DNA of 64,000 nucleotides from the human T2T-CHM13v2.0 reference genome, Homo sapiens: NCBI RefSeq assembly GCF_009914755.1, contig NC_060938.1; one strand, 5' to 3'. The notes under the pieces are model-generated. The model had not been told where the DNA came from, did not search any database, and saw only the letters and a program-made list of their open reading frames with translations. This document shows positions 42,066-57,800 of the stretch, piece by piece (positions within the stretch are counted from its first letter, which is position 1; each line of letters opens with the position of its first letter). The translations under genes were made by a program, and so were the position numbers.

Positions 42066-43024
42066 CTAATGCTGAAAGAATGACTGATTAAATGAATGAA
42101 TGTTATATATGTTCACTTCTTCCCATACAGTTAGTTTCCACTGATGTAAAAAGAAATGTGACTGTCTGATAAAATCTGTGTTGACATGTATAAGAGCTGA
42201 GGCCACGGACAGAAGTGTTCTAGAAGACCTCTGTGCCTCCAATCAGGTGACTGAGGGTGTGTCTCAATATCATCTGATGTCTTATAGTTATGGGTCAGAG
42301 AAAACACTTCAAACACTTGTGCATACAGCATCATGATCACATACTTATATTAGTAATCTTGAGAGGTTTGCTTTGTGGTGACATCTGATGTTTTCTTAAG
42401 TGTGCTATTGATTTGATAACCTCTCTGGGAGCACATGAATAGGAGTGAGTATATGTTCTATTTAAATAGGAAACAATAAAAATTCAAATCAATTAAAAAT
42501 CTATGGAAGAATTGCATAACCACAATTGTCTCAGGGCAAGAAAGTTAAATTCTGGCAGTGGCTTTCCTTAGCGGCCATTGTAAGGCTTGCTGAATGAGAA
42601 TGCAACCTTTCAGTAACACTGAAGTTCTTAAATCCCACCATAAAAGTATGATACTATCTAATATATATTCCAAAGACAAAAAATAACAAACTGTCAGTTC
42701 TTAACCTGATATTTTTTTCTACAAATGAATTTCAACAGCAGAAACACAGTCTGAGGGCCTGATCAAAGCTCTCGACCAACAGTGCCTCATTGCCATTGGG
42801 AGAGACAATTATGTACTCCAAATATCACCTGTTACCTTCTACCTTTTTGGGCCAATGAGGAAAATTACTAAGTAAAATGTATTAATGAAGGGAAATTTCT
42901 ACAAAGCTGTACTGCAAAAGATGAAAAATCAGGGCTCTTGTGGCAAATTTAATAGATAGTGAAACCACTGAATCCATCGGAATTCATGAACACCTTTCAG
43001 TATAAAAATGTGTACTTTGTTAAT

Positions 43025-43328
<304 letters not shown>

Positions 43329-43641
43329 CATTGTTAATTTTTCCCAAACTTACAGTGTGTCGAGATAATTATTACATAATCAGTTAACATTAACTTTTCA
43401 TCCTTTTGTTTAGATATTTAATAGTTCAGGGGTTTAAAAAATAATTTTTCAACAAAAAGAAGGCAGATTAAGAGGAGCAACAAAACGACAAGACACATGA
43501 AAATGGCAGATGTGAATCCAGCCATAGCATTAATTATATTAAATGTGAATGGACCAAACACTTGAGACAGAAGGCAGAGGTTATCAGACTAAGTAAAAAA
43601 AAAAAGACCTATCTGCTATTTATTATATAAGAAGAGAGGGA

Positions 43642-44025
<384 letters not shown>

Positions 44026-44630
44026 TTAAACAGCCCAATGAATACTGAACAGGATTCACCCCTAGATGTGTCATAGCAAAAGTGTACAATAGCAGTAACA
44101 ACAGCAATTATAAGCAGCCAGAGAGAAAAGACAGAGGACGTTAAAATGAACTACAAGTAAACAAATAGTTGACTTCTTAACAACTACAAAAGGAGCAAGA
44201 TCACTTGTGCTCCTTTTGTCATTGAGGAGTCAACTATTTGTGAGAAAATGTTTGAGCCTAGAATTGTACATCCAATTTGAAAAACTTCTTTGGACAGCAA
44301 TGCCAAGTACACTTTTAGATACAGTCTAAGAAAGTCTGCCAGCAATAGACCCTCACTAAAATTTCTTGGGTAATCACTAAAGAAGAAGAGCTAAAAGAGA
44401 ATGTTTCTTTTCCATATTAGCAGAGAAAAAATGTATCATAAAAATATAATCGATCTAAAAGAAAGCAGAAAAGGAGAGGATACGATATGGAACAAGAGGC
44501 AAGTCAAATAGAAAGCATAAATAGCATGGTAGACACAAATATAAATATGTCAGTATTTACAATAAATAGAAATGAACTAAATATTCCAGATACCATAAGC
44601 CTGGGTTTTAAAAAATTATCAGTATATATA

Positions 44631-45286
<656 letters not shown>

Positions 45287-45314
45287 GTTCAAAAAGAATG
45301 GAAAATGATAGTCC

Positions 45315-45430
45315 AAGTCTATATATGTGTATATGTATACATGTGTGTATACTCACACACATGCACACACATATATGTACAGATATATGGCTACACATAT
45401 ATATGTATGTGGCCATATGTATATCATACA
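45315..45430. repeat. (TA/TG/CA)n low-complexity tract
   Basis: tatatatgtgtatatgtatacatgtgtg.... Confidence 0.8.
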
Positions 45431-47052
45431 AAATAGACTTTGAAGCAAAATGCCTTGTATCTTACAACATAATCATAAAAGGTTGAATGTACCATAATAC
45501 ACAGCAACTCTAAATTTATATGCAACTAATAGCACAGCTTTAAAATATAGAAAGGAAAAACTGCTATAACGATGTGGTAAAAAAAAAAAAAAAAAAAGCC
45601 AATCCGCCATCCCAGTGGTAGATTTCAACATACCTCCTCTCAACAAATGATAAAGTAGAAAAAACCTCTATAAAAACAAAAAAGCTCTGATAGCATAATT
45701 AACAACTTAAACTAATAAAACATATAAAAATTTCCTCAACAAATGCAGAAAACATTCTTTTCAGGCACACATGGAATATTTACAAGAAGTAACCACTGGG
45801 CCACAAAATAAGTTCGACCAATTTCAAATGTATATATAGTCTTTAAACATAATTTAATGAAGTTAAAAGCTCATAACAAAAGATAAGTTGAAAAAACTCA
45901 TATTTGACAATTGTAAAACACAGTTCAAAGACAACTAATGGATCAAAAAGAAAATAACAGAAATTTCAAAATATTTAGAATTATACAATAATAAAAATTT
46001 CAAATATTGAAACTTGTAGTTTACAGCTACAGCAGCATTTAGAGGAAAATTTTTAGTCTTAAATGCTTATGTCAGAAAATAAGGCAAAAAATGAATGAAC
46101 ACCCAACTAAGAGATTAAGAAAAAAAAAAAACCCAAAATACAACAAGACAGAACTTAGAGAAAACAGAAGATAGAAAATAATGAAAATGAGAACAGAAAT
46201 TCATGAAAGAGAAAGTAAACCCACAAGTGAGTTGACAAAAAAGTTACTGGTTGTTTGAAAGGATCCATGTAACAGACAAGTATCTGGCAAGACTATTCAA
46301 GAAAAGAAATAAGGTGCATTAAACAATATTAGAATTGAAAAAAACTTAACCAACAAATGCCATATGAAAAATAAACATTATGAATTATCTTATGCCAATA
46401 AAATTTAAAATTTAGATGAAATGGACAAATCCTTACATATAATATAATTACAGCTTATACATTATACATAGCTTAATAAAAAAAAAGAAATAGAAGACCT
46501 GAATAGACTATAATTATTTTTAAAAAGCATCAGAAATCTTCCCACAGAGAAAAACCCCCCCCAGCCCCACATGGTTTTACAGATGCATTCTACCAAAACT
46601 TAATATTCTCAGAACAAATAATTCCAAAACATGCAAAAAGAAAAAGTACTACTCCAACTCACTTTATGAGGCTGGGCTGACCTTGATGCCAAAATCTGGC
46701 AAGAACAGAAGGAGAAAGGAAAAGAATAGGCCTATTTTGCAAATGTACACAAACGCGAAGTTCTCTAAAAAATAAGTAAAGTGAATCCATAAAAAAGCTA
46801 ATTTATCACAATCAAGTTGGGCTTATTCCAAGTATACAAGGTGAGTTTAACATTTAAAAATATAAATTAATATATAACATTCATAGATGAAAGGAATAAA
46901 GTCATATAATCATCTCAATAGATATAGAAAAGGCATTTGATAAAATCTGCTATCGTTTCATCATTAACAAAACAACTCTTAATAAACCAGGAAGAAGGAA
47001 ACTTCTTTAATCTCTTAAATAGTACCTACAAACAAACCTGTAACAAGCACAA

Positions 47053-47391
<339 letters not shown>

Positions 47392-49146
47392 TAACTAGTA
47401 CAGTAAGACAAGTTAAAAAAATGGAAAGATTAGAGAAAAAGAAACAATTTTAATCACCTCAGAAAAAAAGTCATTATGTATGTAGAAATTCCAAACTGAG
47501 TTATATATGTCATTAGACTTATTAAGAATTTAGCTGGGTCAAGAAGAATGTGCAAAAACCAGTTACCTTTCTATACCTTCGCAACAAGTACATAGTAAAT
47601 TTGATTACAAAAATATTCTGTATACAATAGTGCATATAAAAGCATGAAAAATTTTTTCAGGTAACTAGAAATAAGTCTAGTAAAAAATGGGCAAAATATT
47701 TATTAAAAAATTATAAAAACATCCAAAAATACTTGTAAAGGCCTAAATAATTAGGGAGCTATAATGGCTATGGATTAGAAAACCTACTGTCATAAATATA
47801 CAATTCTCCCCAAACTAAGCTATTAAATTAAACTAATTCCAAAATCTCCAGAAGTTTTCTGTGGAACTGGACGAGCTGATTTGAAAATTTATGTGAAAGT
47901 TCAAAGGCCCAAGACAAGCCATGGCAACCTAAAGAGCAGGATACAGAGAGGGACCCACCTTACATATAATGAAGCTATGACAGTGACAAGACAGTGGCAA
48001 TCACATGGGACTGGCACGATGGCCAATGGAACAAAACAGGAAACTTAGAAACAACTGCGGACATTTGGTTGATGACAAAGGTGGAACTGTGGAGCAACAG
48101 GGCAAAGAATCTTTTCAGCGTTTGATGCTGGGACAATTGAATATCCTATGGGGAAAATCACATTGGCTGGCTCATACCATACACACATAAAACAGTCCAT
48201 TCTAGGTGGGCCCTTAGGTTTCAGTGTGAAAGATAGCACAAGAGAGCTTTTAGAAGATGATTTAGGAGACTACCTTCATGATCTTGGAGAAGGGAAAGGT
48301 TTCTTCAACTAGACATAGAAAGTACTGTCCATAAAGGAAACGACTTCTACTTTCTATTACTTTAAAATTAAGAACTTCTGTTTATCAAAAGACATCATGA
48401 AGAGAAAGCAAAACAAAATCACAGCTTGGGAGAAGATTTCTGCAACACATATAACTAAGAAAAAGACTTGTAACCAAAATACATAAAGAAATATTATTAA
48501 GGAAAAGACCATCCAATAAAAAAGAAGGAATTTCACATACACTTCACAAAAGAGAAAAGGTGAATGACCAATAGACAAATAAAAAGATGTCCAAACTCAT
48601 TAGTAATGAGGGATGCGCAACTTAAACTCACAAGGTGACATCATTAACCAGCAACCATTCTGCCAAAAATATGAAGTCGGGCAGCACCAAGTATTGGTGT
48701 ATGGAACCACAGGGCTCTTGAGCGCTGCTGATGGGAGTGTAAACTAATACAACCCCTTTGAAAAACAGTTTGGAATTATTTGGTAAAGTTGAAGATACAC
48801 AAATCCTACGACCTAACTATTTCACTCATAGAGAAATCCTTGAACGTGTGCACCAGGAGCCCTGTAAAGAAGATTTACAAGCACTGTTCATAATAGCTAA
48901 AACCTGAAAACAACCCACGTATCTATTCACAGTAGACTAAGTAAGGAAATCTTAGTGCATTTACACAATAAATACTATTCATTCATGCAAACCAAAGAGT
49001 CACTGCTGCGTGCAACAAGGAGGAGCCTCAGGAACGGGATGTTAAGCAATGAACGCAAGCAGCATAAGGACATATTCAGTCTGATTCCATTTTCTACCAA
49101 AAGTTTAAAACAGGCAAAACACAATTTTTATTATTTAGGAGTACAC

Positions 49147-49434
49147 GCCGGGTGCGGTAGCTCAGGCCTGTAATCCCAGCACTTTGGGAGGCCGAGGCGC
49201 ATGGATCGCTTGAGCTCAGGAGTTTGAGCCCAGCCTGGCCAACGTGGTGAAACCCCATCACTACAAAAAATACAAAAATGAGCTGGGTATGGTGGCACAC
49301 GCCTGTGCTCCCAGCTACTCGGGAGGCTGAAGGATCCATTGAGCTGGGAGTTTGAGAATGCAGTGAGCTGTGACTGTACCACTGCACTCCAGCCTGGGTG
49401 ACAGAGTGAGGCCCTGTCTCAAAACAAAAAAAAA
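49147..49434 (+). mobile_element. Alu (AluJ-like)
   Basis: ggatcgcttgagctcaggag. Confidence 0.92.
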
Positions 49435-49859
49435 AGAGAGAGAGAGAAAGAAAAAGCACAATATACATGGTATAGAAACATGAGAGAATGATTAACATAG
49501 AATTTAGAATGGTCATTAACCTGTCAGGTGACAGGCAAAAGGACAGGATACAGAGAAAAATCATTGGCAATATTACACGAAAAATCCATATACCTAGGAA
49601 ATACATACACATGTTTAAGATACGTGTAAGTATATATGTATAAATAAATCTACACAGGAAATTCACAGGTAATATTAATGTTCTTTTTTCTAAACTACGA
49701 ATAGGCAAACACATATGTTCATTGTATGATTTTATATATATTTAATAAACATTCATTTGATTTTATTCCATATTTAAGAACAATTCTAAAGGATTCTAAA
49801 ATACCATATTTGAACATACTTCAGTAGTATTGGTAGTAATAGTCATAGTAATATGAGTT

Positions 49860-50090
49860 TCTACCAATTATTACGTGATTACCAGGTACAATGCCTCAAA
49901 TGCACTAGCTAAATCAATTCTGACCACAACTGTCTGAGATGGATATTTTATTATTCACATTTTGTAGATGAGGAAATGAGACTCAGAGAGATTTAGTGAC
50001 TTGCTCAAGGTCACACAACTTAAAAGTGAAGGATCTGGAGTCCTAAACTCAACTTGTCCCATTGTAAGACTGCACTCTCAACCACTACAA
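49860..50090 (-). mobile_element. MIR
   Basis: cattttgtagatgaggaaatgagactcagagagatttagtgacttgctcaaggtcacac core. Confidence 0.8.
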
Positions 50091-51072
50091 AAAAAGCCTT
50101 CCTCGTTCCTTTCCTTCCATACTGGACTAACCCTATAACACTTCCAAAAATGCCTGCTTCTCCAGAGTAGTGAGCCTATTTTGGGGGTTCCCTGAAGAAA
50201 GAATTCCTGATTCTCACAAATCCCTACGGTTAGAAACATCTTCTCAATTGTTGATTCTACTGTTGTCTCAGCCCTGCTTGGAGTGACAAAGTGGCTGAGA
50301 TGGTACCTCTCAGCTTAGAACTTTTTGGACCCTGTTAAGCTTATTCAAAGTACTTAAACAGCAAGTTTTATCATTTCATGGTGACAGGAATGTAACGCTG
50401 GAGGGACCAGCTGCTCCTCCAAGGGCCTTCAGCTGTCTCCTCTACTAACTGCCCAACAGGTGGACAGAGCTGACCCTCACGGAGGGAAGGTTTCACCTCC
50501 ATCAAGGCCTGACTACCCATCAGCTATGTCCTCCACTCCCAGGCTTCAGGGAGTCTACAGTTCTGCTGCAGACAAGCTTGTCACAAACAAACAGATAATA
50601 CTACATGGCAGTTGCAACAAGTGCCCACTTAATCTTGTTTCGGTTGGTGTTGAAATGTTTTAGCCAGGTTGGGAAGAAACCATGGGATCCACTGATTACA
50701 TCTGGCCCCAACTTTTAATAAAGTATTCTTGGGAAGAAGTTTCCCATCGCAAAGAAATACAAATATTTAAAAAGCAAACAAGTCACGGACTGCTCTCAGA
50801 CCTGCTGCCATATGCTTTGCTTTTTTGAGCTTACGGCTTAACATTAAAATAACAGCCTTGCATTCCTCAAATATCTCCACTGCTGTTCCTTACTTCCACT
50901 ACTTGAAAAGGCTGTCAGCTGCTGTCACTTGGAGGCATTACCATATTAGCCACCACTGTTTACTGCTTACCATGTGGTATGGCTATTAGTTTAATAAGCC
51001 TCCTCTTGGATGACACCCTAGGCTATGGAAGAAGGAACCATACCCTGGAGTCCAATGCCTAATGAAAGAGCT

Positions 51073-51080
51073 TGTGTGTG

Positions 51081-51113
<33 letters not shown>
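51073..51113. repeat. (TG)n microsatellite, about 20 units, one CG interruption
   Basis: Read directly from the sequence. Confidence 0.95.
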
Positions 51114-52277
51114 TGGAGGGTGAGACACGGAATGAAGCTTTATAAATATTGATGAGAGACACTGAATTCAATTGCATCAGGTTGTACTTTACCGATGGTT
51201 AAAGGATCGAATATTTTTTAAAGTGCTTTAACCATTTTAAGGTTCCATGGGATAAACAGCTTGGGGTAAAATCCAGAAATATAGTTGGTGTACAAAAGAG
51301 CAAGTTTGAGATCTGCAAGAAGTAAAACACTGCAGCAAAGCTCTTTAATTCACTCTGCATAAATAGCTGAGCCTACAAAAGAAATCTCTAGTCAGAGGTT
51401 TCCTGGATTATAACAAGAATTCTCTCGATGGGAAGAAGTGCCCTTTTCACTTGAAGACAAAGAAATGTTTGTAATGGAAATGTGTGAACCAATTTTCCAA
51501 GGAGAGCTGCTGAAAAGCACTGATTAAAAACACAGCGAGGTGATGAGGCAGTGAAATAAAGCCAGAGCTGACCCACTTAAAGTTTGTGGCTGCACTTCCT
51601 TCTGAAAGTGAAGAGAGCAACCCTGGGCCACCTTCTACATTCTTTCCCTTCTCCCCAACCCCAAGCAGTCCCTGCCCCATTACTGACCCTGCAACTCTGT
51701 AGACAATCAGAACCTTCCAGCGTGCAGGAATGTTTACTATTTCTGGCCATTGTGTACTGGTTACTAAGCTACTGCCACTGAGGATGAAATGGTAACCCAG
51801 TAGCCCAAAAGACAAAGTCCTTCTCAACAAAGCCTAACCAACAGGCAATGGATTATAGTGATTCAGAGGAAAGATAAGAAGGTAGGTAGATGATTCTAGC
51901 ATATGACAGTTTACAGTGATAGTTCTTAGGTTACGTATAATATTGATTGTTTAAGAACTTCCATTTCCTAGAGAATAAAACTAAGACACAGAGAGGGAAG
52001 CTATCTTGATCAAAATTGCCTAAAATAGGAGAATCACCGAGAGCTAGTGGAAGCCCTCAGTAACTCAGGACAAACAAGCTATAAAGCCCTGTTTCCCAGA
52101 TTTCACCCACTGGAGTTCAACATCACTTCTGCCATATCCAAGTATATCTGGCAGAAGTTACTTAATATTTACTTAATATTTTTCTTTAAATTGACTTGGA
52201 AAATTCTTAATAGCCCCCTGAGCAATAATTTTCATCAAATCACTACATTCTAATGTACATTTAAGAATGTGTAACTA

Positions 52278-52568
<291 letters not shown>

Positions 52569-52712
52569 AGGAATGTATAACTATTAAAAATGTTCATCCA
52601 CAGTCCATCTAAAATTGTCTCATGTGCTCCAATGGTACACATTGGGAAAGAGTGGATAAAGTATTTTAAAAAAATAAGGATGACCTTATGTTAGGATGAC
52701 CTAACAGCCTAA

Positions 52713-53030
<318 letters not shown>

Positions 53031-53194
53031 TAAGTTTGTTTTTAATATCAGGAAAAAATAACAGTAAAGGGGATTTTATATTATTGACTGCCAGGGTGTC
53101 CATGAGGGACTTAGACAGATTGGAAAGAAGGCAGGGGAAGAAGTAAATTTAATAACTTCTGAGTAAGGGAAAACCAAAGCCCAGGATCACTTAC

Positions 53195-53355
53195 ATGAAA
53201 TTTTCTGGGTATTCACTCAGGGCCATGTCGATGATGTTCAGAGCGTCATGGTAATGCTTCTGTGCTGACAGCAGGAGGGCAAGGAGGTGCAGGGAGTTGG
53301 CATCGTCACCTTGAAGCTGAAGAGCTTGGCGGACATACCCCAGAGCCTCTGGGAT
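53195..53355 (-). CDS. TTC7B: TTC7B internal coding exon, 161 nt: IPEALGYVRQALQLQGDDANSLHLLALLLSAQKHYHDALNIIDMALSEYPENF(I)
   Basis: ttttaaaccag|ATCCCA...TTCAT|gtaagt; TPR motifs; seen in ORF 53191..53451; phase 0 to 2. Confidence 0.96.
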
Positions 53356-53386
53356 CTGGTTTAAAACAAAACCAAAAAAGGTTTTA

Positions 53387-53432
53387 CATACACACATGCA
53401 CACGCACACACACACACACACACACACACGCG
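53387..53432. repeat. (CA)n microsatellite, (UG)n in the TTC7B pre-mRNA
   Basis: catacacacatgcacacgcacacacacacacacacacacacacgcg. Confidence 0.93.
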
Positions 53433-56097
53433 AAAGAAGCCATCTTTTCAATGTCTGCTTCTCTTCAAATATTGAGTTGTTTCACATTGTGCCTCATTCA
53501 CATTTTAAGCCAAATCTTTATGGCAGCCCCAGGATATTAACCACAAACATGAAAGCAGAAGCCACCTTCAAAAGACATTCTGACTGATAGAGTGATACAG
53601 GAGACCCTGTTTCTCTACGTAGCTGCCAATACTGCTCCAAGTCTTTCCCTTCTCCCTGAGTAAACACTTTCTCATTCTTTCCACAAAACTGATCTACTTT
53701 TGATTATGCCCAAGATGATTTTGCTCTAAGTGGAGACACATACAAAGTGTCAGAGATTTTTAGTGGAATTAAACTGCCTTAGCTGAACTGTTCTCATTTT
53801 TTCAAGTATTACTGAAATTAAAGTGCTTAATAAGTTACAAAACCTTTAACAGAGCTTTCCGAGTGATCAGAGGCCTGTGATTCTTTTCAGGTTCCTTTGT
53901 CTTGGACCTCCACTAGACATCAAGGAAACATGCCAAAAAAGTAAACAACAAAGGCCCCCACACCTTTCCAAACTACAACCCAAAATAAGTTGATCTGAGA
54001 AACAAATTGCAATGCCGCATGCAAAGCAGATGTGTCCAAATTCATGTAGGACCAGACACATCCTGAACCTTTCAGTGCAACAGCTGTTCAAGACTTTCTT
54101 CAAAATCATCCAAGCACAAGGGTTGATAAAATACACACAAAATGGGTATGTGACACCCTGGATTCCATGCAGGTTTGGCAGTAACCAGGGAGAATTAGAA
54201 CCCGAAGCTAGATTTCGAAATAGAGCTCTGGACTGAAGCATTCTTGCACAACCATCCCACAGATGGCTTCCGGTCTCGCTCCAACTCCAGTCCTCTGTGG
54301 GGCCTCTTCTCAGCTCTCCTGCTTTTTCCCAAACCCTCAGTAACCTCCCTCCTTAGTAGAAGGCTATGACTTCTCTTTCCCAAACCAATTACTTTTCCTC
54401 AATGAACTTCTTTTCTTGATGGATTTAGGTTATAACTGCTGGCTGTGGAGGCTTTCTGCTTTGGAACCATAGAATCACAGCTCTCACAGTTGGAAGAGAG
54501 ACCATTCACCCCAATCCTTCAGTTACAGGGAGGAAGCTGAAGTCCCGGGAGGTGAAATGGCTTGGGAAAGGTCACCCAGCTATTGAGTGTCTGACAAGAG
54601 AGTGATTCCTGTCCATCCTCTCCTCCTGGTCAAACCCCCTCCCCTGGGGAAGCAGGGAAACACTCCCTCGGAGCTCTGGTGTTCTGACACTACATGCCCA
54701 CAAAGGCTGCTGCCACACCCACAAGGCTCCATTTACTCATCCTTCCCCAGGTGACAACCTACTATGTGAATAGCACTCAACCTGGTATTGATGGGTGGGT
54801 CGAAAGGCAAAGCATAGGCATGATGTTGATTTGCAGGGATGACCAGAGCAACCAGGGACAAACTGATACAGGGATCAAAACGATGTCTTTAAGGGATAGC
54901 TGCCTTGAAGGAATTCAAAGCTGGTTCCTTCATTTAGCGAGTATTCCTGAGTGCTGAACACATGTCAGGTGGCATTCCAAGTGCCAGGGTAAAGCAATGA
55001 CAATGATGGGCATGGGTTCCTGGAACCTACAGTCCAGTGAGAAAGACAGATACTGAACAAGAAAGCTGGGCAAAAGGAAGAAGTGCAGGCTGCTACAGGA
55101 GCAAGGCTTCATGGAGGAGGCGAGAGAAGCTGTCAGCGTAGGGGAGAGATCAGATGGTCAATCAATGCCCACACCTGCTGCAGAAGCCCAGCTGTGAGCC
55201 ACAGTCAGGTGACAGGACCTTTACAGGGAGGTATCCTGGTTTCCTTAGTCCCTAGGTTGCCAATGGAAGCCACTTCTCAATGCCATTCCCAAGCAACCAG
55301 GAAGACAGGTGCATACCTCAGCCCAGGCCTGCCAGGGGAATGGCATGTCTGGAGAGCTGACCTTTGAATCACCCTCCCAGTCAGCACTCAGGAATGTGCT
55401 GGGGTTACCACCAGTGTCTTGCACCTGGTGGGTGGGCAGGCATGTGGCCAACATCCCCAGAACAGCTGGGAGGGGATAGGAGGGTTTCGGGAATGGCAGA
55501 GGCAGCATCTAAAAGCTGCCTTTGGGAAGATGAAGGCCGACAAAACTTGCCCCTCCCGCAAGGAGATAGTGTTAAGTCCCCTTTTTCGAGTAGCCACGGT
55601 GTGTAACTGTTCATGTTTTCCACGTATTGTAAAGGACCTGGTTCTTTTGTCTCTGCCTGCTGGCATCTTCCTGCCAATCAATGACACCCTTATGACAACC
55701 AGACGCCAATCAGGGCTAAATCCCCACCATGCAGCTCAGCACTGGGTTCTGCTACCTGGTTCCTGTTGGCAAGGGACAGAGGCTCTTTGATGACTCCTGG
55801 GTTCAGGGTATATGCCATGTGCTGCTCCCCAGGTTGCCATCTGACCCTAGCTTGGGCCCTCCAGCTGTGTGGATTTAATGTCCAATAGCAGAGCCTGGAA
55901 CTCCTGTGTCTTCACAGCTGATGCTCAAACCAACCAAAACACCAGGCTCTTTGCTGAAACCTCTGAGAAGGGTTCCTGGCTCCAGGTCAGCCTCAATGGA
56001 ATAAAGGAAGATCACCTACCACTTCAAACTGAAGAGCTGAAGGAGTTGTATCAAGATACAGAGTGCAGCAAGTATAGGAAACATTAGAGAAACTGAC

Positions 56098-56170
56098 CTG
56101 TCTGGAGATGGCAAGCTGCAGAGCCAGGTAGAAAGCTGCTTGGTGATCTGTGGGTGACAGGCTGTGGGCC
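56098..56170 (-). CDS. TTC7B: TTC7B internal coding exon, 73 nt: (R)AHSLSPTDHQAAFYLALQLAISRQ
   Basis: tactaat...actttttcag|GGCCCAC...AGACAG|gtcagt; phase 2 to 0; TPR-like helix; in frame with both neighbours. Confidence 0.94.
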
Positions 56171-57490
56171 CTGAAAAAGTATTTACGGCTATTAGTACAT
56201 GGGAGAGGAGGCCATTTTTACTTTCCCTATCAAGCAAGTCTTCTCCACATTTGCATTCTTATACTAAGGGCCCGTATTTATTTAACTATGTAATGCTTCA
56301 TTTAAACTCTTCTTCTTTGTCCACCTACACATGTAAACCGTTTCCCTCTTACCACTGTATAAAGGTACAGAATAGGAGTGCATTTCTGTGTTTTGTCTAG
56401 CATCTAAAATGGCAGCTGAAGCTTGTCGGCTTTGCGGAGGGCCTCGAGGTGAAGAATCCATAGGCCCTGAGGTCTGATCTCCCCAGCAGATGGGTCTCTG
56501 TGTCGTGCTGGGACGCAGTGAAGCCATGTGTGCACTTGGCAAGGCGATGGCTGCTTTGGTTAAGTTTGGCTTGGCCTTCCTTAATGCTACTTTATCCAAA
56601 TTTCTAGATTTCAGAGAAACCATATGAAAATCAAAGACCCAGCTTTGCTTATAAAATGAGGTTTGGGTTTTTGGTGAAAAAAGGGAAGAGAAAGGCACTC
56701 ATTCAGTCTTTTGAAGCTTCTACAAAATTCCATGCCGTTCACTGATTTATTGCAGATAACTGTCATGTGTAAGAGTGTGGTGAGACACTAGGCTCAGTTT
56801 TAAGAACTGGCCTTTGACGTCAGACAGGAAGGGACCATACTGGCCTCCTAGCTGATTGCAAACGTGGTCTTCTCTGCTTCTATGTGGAAGTCATTTGTAT
56901 TTCAGCATAAGCAACTCAAAATTTGACTACATACTAGACATAATTCTGTGTTTAACTGCTGGGAAGAGAAAAACAAACTTCTACTTTCTTTAAAAGGCAC
57001 CATGGAGCAGACTAATTAGGTGGGACCCAGATAGTAAACAAAACTTCATGCTGTTCTGTCAACATTCTGTGATTAAAGGAGGATCTTCTACCAGCAGAAA
57101 ACAAATTCGAGATAAAAAAGAAAACCAAATCATTATGGATTCAACTGTGGCAAACAGGCCAAAGATGGCTTTCTACAATAATAAGGCCTTTTAATTGGAC
57201 TGTCTGCTGCAGGGAAGGGAGCTAACAAACCTCCCAGGTGTTTGCCATCCAGAAAATATGCTAAATTCACTAATTTAGGTCATTGTTTATGCAAATGTAG
57301 TAGCTCATATGCAGGTCCAGGGTGAGGCAAAGCTAATCTCTGTCCTTATATTAATCTTAGGAGCAAAGCACATAGACTTCCATTCCAGGGGACTCTTCAC
57401 TTGGCCTCAAGACATAGCCTCAGGACTTTTCTTAGCTTAGTTGAAGAGGCTGAAGCTGATATTGCCTGTGTTACCCTTTTACATGTCTTA

Positions 57491-57800
57491 TTTCTCTTTT
57501 TTTTTCTTTTTCTTTTTCAGACAGGGTCTTACTCTATCACCCAGGCTGGAGTGCAGTGGCATGATCACTGCTCATTGCAGCCTCAACCTCCCAGGGCCCA
57601 AGCGATCCTCCCATCTTAGCCTCCCAAGGTGCTGGGACCACAGGCGTGCTCCCCACGCCCAGCTAATTTATAGAATTTTTTGTAGACCCGGGGTTTCAAC
57701 ATGCTATCCAGGCTAGTCTGGAACTACTAGGCTCAAGTGATCCTCCCACTTTGGCATCCCAAAACCCTGGGATTACAGGCATAAGCCACCACGCCCAGCT
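57491..57800 (-). mobile_element. Alu (AluJ-like)
   Basis: Reverse Alu, ggctcaagtgatcctccc. Confidence 0.92.

Noticed and set aside
49094-49714. 206-aa ORF
   Set aside because: Antisense read-through of an L1 3' UTR plus an Alu.
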